From positions 25,184 through 89,183 of the forward strand of contig RQSC01000869.1 of assembly GCA_013416795.1 (NCBI GenBank): 64,000 nt of DNA, given 5' to 3'. The notes beneath the pieces were generated by a model that had not been told where the DNA came from, searched no databases, and was given only the letters and a program-made list of their open reading frames with translations. Shown in pieces: positions 19,901 through 29,211 of the stretch. The stretch's first letter is position 1; every line of letters starts with the position of its first letter. The DNA is from Prasinococcaceae sp. CCMP 1430 (Eukaryota > Plantae > Prasinodermophyta). The translations under genes were made by a program, and so were the position numbers.

Positions 19901-21192
19901 TCCTTCTGCGCCTCTCGCTCCTCGCGGCGCCTGGCCCACTCGGCCTCCCGCTCCTTCCTCCGCTCGGCCTTCTCAAACTCCTTCTGCAGGCGCATCTCCT
20001 CCCTCTCGCGCCACTTGGTCAGCTGCCGCTTGAGGGCGGGAAGGGTGGTGCCCTTCGGGATCCCACCGAGCTTCTGGATCTGGTCCAAGATATCGTTCTT
20101 CGACATCTTGGCCAGAGGCTCCCACTCCTTCTTCGGAGCCTTCTTCTTCTTGGGGGTCTTTTTCTTCACGCCCCCTTCGCCTCCGCCCTTCTTCTTGGGC
20201 GTGCCCTTGAGGACCTCCAGGGTGACCTCGAACGCAGCCCCACCCTTGGCGCGCTTGGCAGCGGCCTCCTCCGCGGCCTTCTCCTCGCGGGCGCGCTTGG
20301 CAGCACGCTTCGCCTCTGCGGCGGCCTCTCGCTCCGCTTTCGCCTTGGCCGCGGCTTCTTCCTTCGCTTTCTCGGCCATGGCCTTCTCGAACGCGGGCTT
20401 GAGGTCGGCGGGCACGTCCAATGGGATACCGTGCTCGGCGGCGACGAGCTCTTTGACGCTCCACCAAGTGACGGGCTTCGTCGGCGCCACGGCGTACACG
20501 CGCGCGATGTTGGCCATCATCTGGCGGTTGATGACGCCGCGCGGGCGGTGCATCTGACTCGCAGGCACTATGTCACCCTCGGTCTCCTCTGGCTCCTCCC
20601 CCTCGGCGAGCTCGGCCCACTTCACCTCGTATAGGTCGGCGGCATCCTTGCGCTCCACGATGCGGAATTTGCGCTTCGCGCTCTTGCTCGGCGTGACGCC
20701 CTCGTTCTCCTTGCCCTCCTCGGCGGCCTTGGCGGCGGCCTCGGCGGCCGCCGCGGCGTTCGCGCCGGTGTGAATTTTGACGATCTCGCCGATCAGATTG
20801 TCCTCGCCCTTGCCGCGCGCCACGATGACCTCCTCGCCGATGAAGTACCTCTCGAACATCGTATCGTAGATGCTGTCCACGAGGGTGTCAAGCTTGGTGG
20901 CGGTGTTGTACTGCACTGTGCGCAGGATCGGCGCGATGATCCATTCGGGGTACGCGGCGATCTCGGCCTTGGCGCCCTCCTCGGACATGAGCGCCTCCTC
21001 GTAGGTTAGGGCGCGCGTGCCCGTCACACCGCACGTCCACACGCGCTGGCGGTAGAGCTCCATCTGCGCGGCGTACTGATCGTAGTCGGTGAACACCTCA
21101 TCTGTGAAGCGCACGCGGAAGGTGGGCGCGCCTTTCGCCAGCCCTTCGGGCGGCGCGAGCGTCTCAAACGCGGTGCGCTTGAAAAGAGGCAT
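16906..21192 (-). CDS. ACF1/BAZ1A-like ISWI partner: WAC + DDT + WHIM/WSD + C-terminal RFTS-like domain
   Basis: WAC MPLFKR...FTDEVFTDYDQY...LYRQRVWTCGVTG...LTYEEALMSE; DDT ALWEFLEFFG; WHIM PLGMDRNSNRYWW and LDHRGVQERALKEEL; C-terminal TDWALDYG...IWLQT...YLKLLECAEAYE. Confidence 0.82.
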   Translation of the reverse strand: MPLFKRTAFETLAPPEGLAKGAPTFRVRFTDEVFTDYDQYAAQMELYRQRVWTCGVTGTRALTYEEALMSEEGAKAEIAAYPEWIIAPILRTVQYNTATKLDTLVDSIYDTMFERYFIGEEVIVARGKGEDNLIGEIVKIHTGANAAAAAEAAAKAAEEGKENEGVTPSKSAKRKFRIVERKDAADLYEVKWAELAEGEEPEETEGDIVPASQMHRPRGVINRQMMANIARVYAVAPTKPVTWWSVKELVAAEHGIPLDVPADLKPAFEKAMAEKAKEEAAAKAKAEREAAAEAKRAAKRAREEKAAEEAAAKRAKGGAAFEVTLEVLKGTPKKKGGGEGGVKKKTPKKKKAPKKEWEPLAKMSKNDILDQIQKLGGIPKGTTLPALKRQLTKWREREEMRLQKEFEKAERRKEREAEWARRREEREAQKEVEKQLRAEKREAEKKALEERKAAEAAAREAAKRYPIGEAQLEEERKAEREAIIARGEKPPREPAWPKPAKDTTGETLPSSMALWEFLEFFGESCPTLPEKPELLVLQEALASPEGSSIVPHLYEGILALLLGDGEFAGMDGVLEAPPRWKRVLNKHTWPELARRFVLAGPTSRIHREAAAVRGAVNAFASAEALGKSAWHSLSAERHVALLQALFDDCVGTASLRHAIQERIDAAHAISAEQWHNVREKAKQKKQEDEEKKAAREAAKAAEEEDEEEEEDGDYEEEEEEEEEEEEECPPDELDEEVRIFRGDPGDRKALLAHRKKVSDMEADLSRRRTEWHRRQREKERLESQREAMESKRAREEQERKEREAEERAAGAARERAFAAAERNREAAEVERKMQAVAVRSDPLGMDRNSNRYWWLASDRSCIFVESAEGKWGRYTSIAEVDKLIKYLDHRGVQERALKEELQRVHGRLKTYLRRADEPASANGAPAGTPLKAAGGSAAGAFSPGRSPYARRAGAAVGGSRGSDKDSACVRATVQVIDGMLEAADATQSLRQSTKAASTLKQLKESLLSAEMLIMEVENDGKDPEPVPMDEDAKGAGDGEGGEGGPSEEGDQDDGEESEDELEIEEETDVEVRVWWRALHNGDDHVLRKACALDDASRSGRPQRGRGSKAAEEVAPVWDFPEDQAQWRADVASSKTLNAVAYHAWVLSDRAAPLLNSVSRGYVHRLRIEHAMQPTPSKKGKGSKARQAESDSDDGEGEAKFARETSVPERFQLALGDDEDSDSAAAHYLIRHFVMRDKEGKERGPDVFETAPGTKLTIHGQLVIPAGKKQTPHYKPGPDGVMDIQLTVTDWALDYGDEKAPPVIWLQTATGSYLKLLECAEAYEEHMVAPNAMLLLTARIIERLEFHPNASLKSSLDQLLRPKDSYPHFGLKDLKTCAWFVWEQLQEHFSTEHEFGMVPLQSKLCEDLQALARGEKLQAIEASEADKTS

Positions 21193-21714
21193 GGTGGCCA
21201 CGCCCTCCCTGCGCCTGCAGTGGGCGCGCCGCAAAAAACGACGGCGGCCAGCGAGGGGCAGGCGAGCGAGCGCGTCGCCGTCCCAGGCGCGGCGGGCAGC
21301 GGCCGGTCAGCTCCAGCTCGCAGGCGTGCAACCCATCGGCGGCGCTCACCCCCGAGGCCCGCGCGCGCTGCGCGCCCNCGCGACGAGCCGTCGTCTGTGG
21401 CGTCGTCGTCCACTCCATCAGGATCCGCCTCCGCTAGGATGCGTTCGACCAGTTCCTCGTCGGCCTGTGACAGTGAGCCAACGAACACGCTCTTCACCAG
21501 GAGCGCGTTACGACGGAGGATGTCCTTCGGATCGGCCTCCGAGGCACCCACATCGCCCCATCCCGTCCCCTGCTCTCCGCTCCCGCTCCCGCGGCCCATG
21601 CGACCGAGACCGAATTTAGGGCTGCGGGCCCACCTGCCTGCCAGTCCGGATTTCGATTTTTCGAATCGCGCGCAGGGGCGGAGCGAACTCCGGCGGGGCG
21701 GGGGTGCGGGGCGG

Positions 21715-21745
21715 GGTTTCGGGTTAAGGTTTGGGTTTGGGGTGA
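21715..21745 (-). promoter_or_regulatory. Degenerate telo-box-like repeats in divergent intergenic region
   Basis: ggtttcgggttaaggtttgggtttgggg, plus tttagggc at ~21615. Confidence 0.4.
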
Positions 21746-22058
21746 GAGGACGTAGGGTGCAAGACGGGACGTGCACGTGCAAAGCCTGGGCGTGCGGACG
21801 CGCGCGCGAACGCGGCTGGCGCGGGGCGCTTCCCCATTCGCGGCCCAGTCAGGGGCGCGTCCCGCCGCGCGGAGCGAGACGTCGTCCAGGGCGGGGGGGA
21901 AGCAGGCGGCGGGGCGGCGCCACAGGGCGCACGCCACGGCTGCTGCGGAGTAGAGTGCCCGCGCAGAGTAGAGCGCCTGCAGTGGGTGCGCGAAGGAGGC
22001 CCGCGGGGGAGCGGAAAGGGGCGGAGCGGGAGCGGCAGGCCAGGCGCTGGCGGCGGCG

Positions 22059-23774
22059 ATGGCGGCGCGCGCGCGTGCGGCCGCAGCGCGTGCGTCATCA
22101 TCGGTGCGCACGGCGGCGGCAGCGCGTGCATCGTCATCGGCGGCGGCCGCAAAGCCAAAACAGGCGATGCCGGCACAGGAGGCGGGCGCCGGCGAGGCAG
22201 CCTCGGACGTCACCGCGCTCGAGGCCGAGCTCCTCAGAAAAGAGGCCGCGCACGGAGCGCAGAACTATCCGCCCGCGCCGGTGGTGATCTCTCGCGCGCG
22301 GGGGGCCACGGTGTGGGACGTGCGCGGCCGCCGCTTCTTCGACTTCCTGGCAGGCTACTCGGCAGTGAGTCAGGGTCACTGCCACCCACGCATCATCTCC
22401 GCGCTGTCGGAGCAGGCGAAAACGTGCACGCTCACCTCGCGCGCCTTCCACAACGACAAGTGGCCGCTGCTCGCGGAGCACCTCTCGCGCGCGCTCGGCT
22501 ACGAGGCTGCGCTGCCAATGAACAGCGGCGCCGAAGCGGTGGAGACTGCCGTCAAGCTGGCCAAGAAGTGGGCCTTTGAGGTAAAGGGCGTTGCAGACGG
22601 CGAGCAGCTCATCGCGTCGGCCTGCGGCTGCTTTCATGGCCGCACCGCTGCCGCCATATCGATGAGCTGCGACCCCGACGCCACGACGGGTTTCGCGCCG
22701 CTGCTGCCGGGCACGGTGAAGGTGCCCTTTGGCGACGCTGAGGCACTCCGCGGCGCGCTCGAGCGCTTCGGGGAGCGCATAGCCGCCTTTGTTGTGGAGC
22801 CCATCCAGGGCGAGGGCGGCGTCGTGTTGCCACCTGAGGGCTATTTCGCCGAGGTGCGTCGCCTGTGCGATCGACACAACGTGCTCCTCGTCGCCGACGA
22901 GGTCCAGACCGGTCTCGGCCGCACCGGGCACATGCTCGCCATCGAGGCTGAGGGTGTGCGCCCCGACGTGGTCGTGCTCGGCAAGGCGCTCAGTGGTGGC
23001 GTGCTGCCCGTCTCTGCGGTCGTTGCAGACTGGCGTGTGATGAACAGCATCAAGCCCGGCGAGCACGGCTCGACCTTTGGTGGCTCGCCGCTGGGCGCGG
23101 CGGTTGCGCTCGAGGCGCTCAAGGTGCTTCAGGACGAGAGGCTGGTTGAGAGGTCGGCAGAGGTGCGCAGGACAAAGCGGGTGCACGCTGCGCGCGGCCA
23201 TGTGAGCGCCCGCCCCAACGTGCGTCGCTGAAATGCCGCGATGCTGACGCTTTCATGCGTGCCGCCGACGCCGCCTCAAACACTCTATACCTCAAAGCTG
23301 GGCGAGGTCATGCTCGAGCGATTGTCCTCCATCGCCACAAAGGACGCCTCTGCGGCTGCATCAAGCTCGCGCCCTGCACTCGTATTGGAACAGCGCGGAC
23401 GCGGCCTGTTTGCTGCGGTTGACGTGGGTGGCGCACCGCATGTGAATGCATACGATGCGTGCGACCTACTGCGCGAGCGTGGAGTGCTCACAAAGCCCAC
23501 CCAGCGCAACACCATCCGGCTGGCACCACCACTGGTCATCGCCGAGGAAGAGCTCGCGCACGCCATGGACCAGTTCGAGGCGGTCTTCCTCTCAGATCTG
23601 CCCGCGCTCTACGAGCGGCGCAGGCGCGAAGTCGTGACTAACGGCGAGGTGACCAAGTTCGCTGCACCTGCTCCGCGCCCTTGCAATCGCTGTGGAAAGG
23701 ACCTCGAGTCCGCGGACGCCTGTCACGGCAACTGGGACTTCCCTGCTGAGCACTTCAAGCCAGCCTACCATTGA
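22059..23774 (+). CDS. OAT: Ornithine delta-aminotransferase, mitochondrial (class III PLP)
   Basis: GAQNYPPAPVVISRARG, DFLAGYSAVSQGHCHP, TLTSRAFHND, VADEVQTGLGRTG, LGKALSGG and GEHGSTFGG. Intron 23163-23297; Ala/Arg/Ser presequence. Confidence 0.93.
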
Positions 23775-23950
23775 GAGGGTGACCAGCAGAATCTGCATGC
23801 GTGCACTCACCACACCAGTGCAACGGGAGCGACCACGAAGCATGGGCGCAGCGAAGCACCCATCACTCCCCGGCGTGCAGCTGGTCTTTGCAACGGACAA
23901 ATACAAGTCGTGCGTGCCCGTAAGGATTGGATCGCCATCTTACGACTCGC

Positions 23951-25387
23951 TCACACGCGCACCAGCCTGGCCACGAAGATGCCGTCGAGTCCACCCGAAG
24001 CCGCCGAGTGCTGCGGCAGGAAGCGCAAGTCGCCTTGTGCGGTCAGCGCCTCGTCTGCCGCCAAAGGTGCCTCGTCCGGGGTGATGGCCTGGCGCCTCCA
24101 ACCTGTGTTCTCCGACAGAAACCAATCAACTTGGTCCTCGCACTCAGCCGGCAGAATCGAGCATGTGACATACAGCAGCACCGCATCCGACTCAGGCGTA
24201 GTCATATCGGCCGCCGCCAACAACAGCTCCCTCTGCAGCGCGCAGAGCCGCGACACGTCCCGTGGCTGCAGCTGATAGGCAATGTTCGGGTGCCTTCGCA
24301 GCGTGCCCGTTGCAGAGCACGGTGCATCCAGCAGCACCGCGTCCGCAGTCCCCACACTGTCCTCGTCGTCAAGCGCCCGCGCGTCGCACACCTTCACCCG
24401 CACGCGGTCCTCAATTTTTAGGCGCTCGAGGTTGCGTCGCAGCAGTCGCGCGCGTCGAGCGCTGCTATCAATGGCAGTGACACGCACGGCTGTCTCATCG
24501 CTCTCGGTCCCTGCGCCAGTGTTGGCCAGCGCGCACGCGAGCTGCATGGTCTTCCCTCCGGGCGCGGCGCAGAGGTCAATGACGCTCCTCGGAGCATTCA
24601 CGAGTGCGAGAGGCGCCGCACTCGCCGCCGCTGCGCCCTGCACCCACCAAGCGCCCTGCTCAAATCCTGGCATGACGCGAACGTCGCCCGCACCCGCACG
24701 GAGCCGCACGGTGTTTCCGGCGAGCACTTTCCCGCCGAGTTTGGCCGCCCACTCTGTCACCGGCTCGCCAGCACGGACGCTTATGTCCAGACACGGCGCG
24801 CTCTGCAGCGACGCCTGCAGCTCGCCAGACGCCTCGCCGTAGGCATCCGCGAGGGCTGTCGACAGCCAGTCGGGAAGGTCATCCTCATGGCCGTCGGCTT
24901 CCATGGACGCGAGGAGTTCCGAACGACGCTCGGCAATGGTCTTGACGGCCTTCCACACCAGACTCTTGGACGAAGCAAACCCCTGACGCGTCGCGAGGGC
25001 GGTCGTCTCATTCACAGCCGCATACTCTGGGGTGTCCAAGACCAGTAGCTGGACGGCGCCCAGGCGGATGATGTTTGCGAGACGCCCGCGGCCGCCGTTC
25101 GGCACCTTCACGCCCGCCCGAAGGATGGCTCTATCCACGGCAGCAAGCTTCCTGAGCGTCTCCGTTGCCAGCTTCCGAGCGAACTTGCGGCGCTGGGGCT
25201 TGAGCTCGGACAGCTGCGTGGCGGCGAGCGCCGCGTCGAGCGGAGCGCCCTCCTCGAGCGTCGCGCAGACAGCATCAAGCGCGATTGAGCGCGCGTCGGC
25301 GCGGCGATCCTCCCCCGCCTCGCCGCCGTCGCCACCCGGAGGCGCGGCGCGGCCGCGACGCCCGCTCCGACCCCCGCGGCCGCGAAG
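23951..25387 (-). CDS. RsmB/Fmu (NOL1/NOP2/Sun) m5C RNA methyltransferase with NusB-like N-terminus; start unresolved
   Basis: DLCAAPGGKT, LLDAPCSATGTLRRHP and LLYVTCSILPAECEDQV. The frame is open up to a TGA at 25388-25390; the nearest ATG (25407) is out of frame. Confidence 0.85.
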   Translation of the reverse strand, partial: LRGRGGRSGRRGRAAPPGGDGGEAGEDRRADARSIALDAVCATLEEGAPLDAALAATQLSELKPQRRKFARKLATETLRKLAAVDRAILRAGVKVPNGGRGRLANIIRLGAVQLLVLDTPEYAAVNETTALATRQGFASSKSLVWKAVKTIAERRSELLASMEADGHEDDLPDWLSTALADAYGEASGELQASLQSAPCLDISVRAGEPVTEWAAKLGGKVLAGNTVRLRAGAGDVRVMPGFEQGAWWVQGAAAASAAPLALVNAPRSVIDLCAAPGGKTMQLACALANTGAGTESDETAVRVTAIDSSARRARLLRRNLERLKIEDRVRVKVCDARALDDEDSVGTADAVLLDAPCSATGTLRRHPNIAYQLQPRDVSRLCALQRELLLAAADMTTPESDAVLLYVTCSILPAECEDQVDWFLSENTGWRRQAITPDEAPLAADEALTAQGDLRFLPQHSAASGGLDGIFVARLVRV

Positions 25388-25794
25388 TCACCGACTGACG
25401 CGCCCATCGAGCCCGTCTCGCCCACTGAGCCCCCCACCGCTGAGCGCGCGCAGTGTGTCGCGCCACGCCACGTCAGCCGCCGCTCGCGCCTGCGCGTGCG
25501 ATTTGACCAAAAATAACAGACCCTACAAGAGCACAGCGGATTTTGAATTCATATTTGACTCGATTTTCGGAGCGGTGCCATACCCTAAAAGCGTGCGTCC
25601 AAACCTTAACCCAAAACCCTCGCCCTCGCGTCGGCCCGCTGGACGCACGCACGCGCACTCGCACGCGCAACGGGGTGGGGTGTGGGAGGGCGGCGCACAG
25701 CGGGTGGGCGAGGAGGTGCGTAAGGGGTTGATCGCCGGCTGCTTGCCACTAAGCACGCCTCTGGGAGGCCGTGGTGGAGACGGGCGCGCTCGCG

Positions 25795-26706
25795 ATGAGC
25801 GGAGCCACGGCGACGGCCGCAGTGGCGGGCTCGAGTGCGGCAGGCGCCGCGCGGCGGCGGTGGCGGGAGCGCGCCCGTCTCCACCACGGCCTCCCAGAGG
25901 CAGCAGCGGCGCGGCGCGGGCGGGTGGGTCTGTCGCAGGCGCGGGCGGCGGCGGGTGCTGTCGGCGGCGCTCGGGGGCGCTTCCCGCACACGCTCGATAG
26001 CTTCCCGCTTGATGATCCCGCTTACACGCTTCGCGACCCGGAGGAGGTCGTTCGCCTGGCGTCGCAAGTGCTCTCGGCTGAGCGCCTCGAGCGTTTCGAG
26101 CGTGCCGCGGCGGGGCGCACGAATGCGGTGACGTGCGTCCTCGAGGGGCTGTACGACACAGGCAACGTCGCAGCGGTCTGCCGTAGCGCCGAAGCGCTCG
26201 GCGTGCACACGATTCATACCATCGATAGCTGCGAAAAGAGTAAGGTGTCGGCGCGTGCGGCGAGCGGCGCGGAGAAGTGGCTGCATCGGCAGCGGTGGCA
26301 GTCCACGGCGCCGTGCATCGAGCGCCTCAAGGCAGACGGGTACAGAGTGGTGTGCACACACCTGAGTAGGGAGACGGTGCCCATCGGGGAGCTCGACTGG
26401 ACACAACCTACGGCGGTGCTCTTTGGAAACGAGCACGCGGGTGCAAGCGACGAGGCTGTCGAGCTTGCGGACGCGTGCGTGTCGGTGCCCATGGACGGCC
26501 TAGTGGAGTCGTTCAATGTGAGCGTCGCGGCTGCGCTGGTGTTCTACCACGCACGCCAGGATCGGCTGGCGCGGCAGGGTTTCCACGGCGACCTGAGTGA
26601 GGACGAGCGCCGCGCGCTGGTGGCCCACTTCTGTCTCCGCCATGACGCCTCATTCCCCGCCGTGCTCCGCAACCTGCTGCTCAGGGAGCAGCGCAGGGAT
26701 CCGTAG
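25795..26706 (+). CDS. SpoU/TrmH tRNA (guanosine-2'-O)-methyltransferase
   Basis: VLEGLYDTGNVAAVCRSAEALG, AVLFGNEHAG and VPMDGLVESFNVSVAAA (SPOUT motifs). Confidence 0.9.
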   Translation: MSGATATAAVAGSSAAGAARRRWRERARLHHGLPEAAAARRGRVGLSQARAAAGAVGGARGRFPHTLDSFPLDDPAYTLRDPEEVVRLASQVLSAERLERFERAAAGRTNAVTCVLEGLYDTGNVAAVCRSAEALGVHTIHTIDSCEKSKVSARAASGAEKWLHRQRWQSTAPCIERLKADGYRVVCTHLSRETVPIGELDWTQPTAVLFGNEHAGASDEAVELADACVSVPMDGLVESFNVSVAAALVFYHARQDRLARQGFHGDLSEDERRALVAHFCLRHDASFPAVLRNLLLREQRRDP

Positions 26707-26824
26707 ACCGGAGGATGAGCTGAAGCCCTCGCCTCGTTGCCGACAAAGCTGGATAATTGGTGTACTGTACATGGTCTTATGCAGCAGACTACTACGTAGC
26801 TATCTAGAGATAGAGGTAGCAGTC

Positions 26825-27988
26825 CTACTCGAGCACGATGACCCCTCGCGGTCCCTTGATGACGCGCCCCTCGACGTACATGCGCACGGCGTCAGCGAGG
26901 CAGCGCTGCTCGAGGCTCTTAGATTTGCGCGCCAGCGTCGCGAGCGAGTCGCGATGCGTGACGCTTTCGACCAGCTGGCGGATGATGGGCCCCTCGTCGA
27001 GGTTCTCGGTCACAAAGTGCGCAGTGGCACCGATGATCTTGACTCCCGCGGTGTACGCCTGGCGGTACGGCGCGGCGCCCTTGAAGCTCGGAAGCAGCCC
27101 GTGGTGGATGTTTATGATGTCGTGGCCGTACTCGTCCAAAAAGTTCGCGCTGAGCACCTGCATGTAGCGCGCGAGCACGAGCAGCTCGGTGCCCGCCACC
27201 TTGCGGAGGACGTCGGGTTCATTGGAGCGCGGCGTGTGCGCAGGGAGAATGTGCAGCGGCACGCCGTGGCGGTCCAGGAAGCGCGCCACGTGCGAGCGCG
27301 CGGGCACCGGGTGGTTGCTCACCACGCACTTGAGGTCGACGGGCAGCTCCCCGCTCTGCCAGCGGTACAGGAAATCCACCAGACAATGGTCCTGCTTGGA
27401 TGCCATGACCGCCACAGGGATGAGGCGCTCGGGTGTGCCGAGGGCGTCCGTCAGGATTAATTTGGGGTTTCTCACCTCGGGAAGAAGGCCGACCACGCCG
27501 CTCTCCTGCAGGAAGTCCGAGCGCACCTCTCGACTGGGCCAGTCGGTTGGGTCGTACGCGAACTCAATGCGCCCCCAGAACGTGCCCCGCTCGACGTGGA
27601 GGTCGATGTGGCGGATGGTGCCGCCGCGCTGCTCGATGGCGTCGCTCACGGATCGGATGATGCCGCTACGGTCGCCGCATTCAACCAAAAAGATGCCGCG
27701 GCGCTCTCTGTCGTCGTCCACGGATCGCAACGCGGCTGCCCCCGCAGCAGCTCGCACCGGCGTAGCGTAGCCGCGCGCGCGCGCAGGCACGGCTGCGTCG
27801 AAGAGCGGCAACCGAGAGGCCATCACCTGCACCACGCGCGACCCCAAACTCGCACATCCGGCCAGCGCAGCGGACGACACGCCGAGAGGGGCGCATGCAC
27901 TGACACCCCCCCAGGGACCTGCGCAGGCCCTCCCAGCTGCGGATGCCGCTGCTACGCAAGCAGACCGTGCCAAGGCCGGCCTCCACAT
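26825..27988 (-). CDS. purU: Formyltetrahydrofolate deformylase, organelle-targeted
   Basis: ACT domain CGDRSGIIRSVS; VMASKQDHCLVDFLYRW, LARYMQVLS, INIHHGLLPSFKGAAPY and GATAHFVTENLDEGPII. Confidence 0.93.
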   Translation of the reverse strand: MWRPALARSACVAAASAAGRACAGPWGGVSACAPLGVSSAALAGCASLGSRVVQVMASRLPLFDAAVPARARGYATPVRAAAGAAALRSVDDDRERRGIFLVECGDRSGIIRSVSDAIEQRGGTIRHIDLHVERGTFWGRIEFAYDPTDWPSREVRSDFLQESGVVGLLPEVRNPKLILTDALGTPERLIPVAVMASKQDHCLVDFLYRWQSGELPVDLKCVVSNHPVPARSHVARFLDRHGVPLHILPAHTPRSNEPDVLRKVAGTELLVLARYMQVLSANFLDEYGHDIINIHHGLLPSFKGAAPYRQAYTAGVKIIGATAHFVTENLDEGPIIRQLVESVTHRDSLATLARKSKSLEQRCLADAVRMYVEGRVIKGPRGVIVLE

Positions 27989-28456
27989 TGTCGCTGCTCG
28001 GGCCAGGCGCGGCGCGGCGCTCGGCGGCGGCCACGGGTTGTTCCCTCAGCCCTTTGATAGGAGCGCTCGCGGCGTCAACCTCGTCGCCGGCTCGGCTGCT
28101 CCGCCCGCGCCCGGCGGCCCCCTTAACCCCCACCCCTCCCGCTCGTGCTCACCTCGGCCGCCCGCCCGCGCGCGCGGCGCGAACGGAGCGCCCAGCGCCG
28201 CCCACGCTATTGAACACAGCGAACCCAAAGCAATCACAAATTAACCTCGGTGGTGTACCTGGCGTCGCTCTTCACCTTCGGCCCGGCGCCCGGCGCCGCG
28301 GCGCCGCGGCAGCTGGGCGGCGTCAGCATTTGTCGCCGCGGAAAAAAAAGACACTGAAAGCGCGATCCGCAAAATCTCGACCCGCTGCTGGTGGTGGGGC
28401 ATGTGTTGGCGGGTGCCAGCTGCCACACCCTGGGCTCCCCGCGCGGCGCAGTCGGC

Positions 28457-29187
28457 ATGGTGGGCGCTCTGCCCAGCTCCGCGGCGGCGATCCTCGACGC
28501 CGCGGTGGAGGAGCTCGCGCGCGACAGGCCGACCGTCTCGGACGCGCTCAAGAACCTCGTGGCGCTGCGGCTCGCGCGCGAGGCGGCGGCGGGCGCCGAG
28601 GCGCCCCGGGCCGAGCGGGCGGCAGCGGCGCGGCGGCCGCCGCCGCTGCCCTGGCGTGCGCCAAGGCAGTCGTCCGCGCACTGAACGCTGCCGCGCTCGC
28701 GCTCCCGGAAGCGCCACAGTGGGGAGCGCAGCACCCGCAAGGTGAAGAGGAAACGGCCGAGCAGCGCGTGACGTCGCTGGCGCGGTACCGAGCTGCGCGA
28801 GTGCTGGCCGGCCGCACAGCCGCGGCTGCGAGCGCGCCCGGCAAGGCGAGCGCGTCCGCAACGAGCATGCTCGGGCGACGATGGCTCAAAGTGACACGAT
28901 TGCTCGAAGATGTGCGGGTGGAAGCGCCAGCGGGTGTGAGCGATGAGGCAATGGCCTCCTTCTACGATGAGTTCAAAGCCGCGACAGCGAAGGCCGATGG
29001 GGGCGCCGAGGAAGGGGATGAGAACGAAGACGCATCGCTCGTATGGGCCACTGATTTGTCCGCTGCGCTGGCTGCGCGACGGAGTGCGCGCGCCGCCGAC
29101 GCCGCGGGCCGCCGCGAGAGGGAGGCAGCTGCTGCGGATGACCCCATCCGCGCCAAGCTCAAGGCAAAGCTCACTGAACTTAACTAG
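28457..29187 (+). CDS. Hypothetical Ala-rich protein with apparent frameshift near 28620-28640
   Basis: Coding-like MVGALPSSAAAILDAAVEELARD... in one frame continues as AAAALACAKAVVRALN...DDPIRAKLKAKLTELN in another. Confidence 0.45.
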
Positions 29188-29211
29188 CGGGCGTGTGTAT
29201 ACAGTAGTCAT

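Noticed and set aside
22080-22150. Imperfect tandem repeat in the OAT presequence
   Set aside because: Typical low-complexity targeting-peptide duplication.
28600-28650. Programmed frameshift in the hypothetical gene
   Set aside because: It lies in a GCG-rich run with no slippery heptamer; an assembly indel is more parsimonious.
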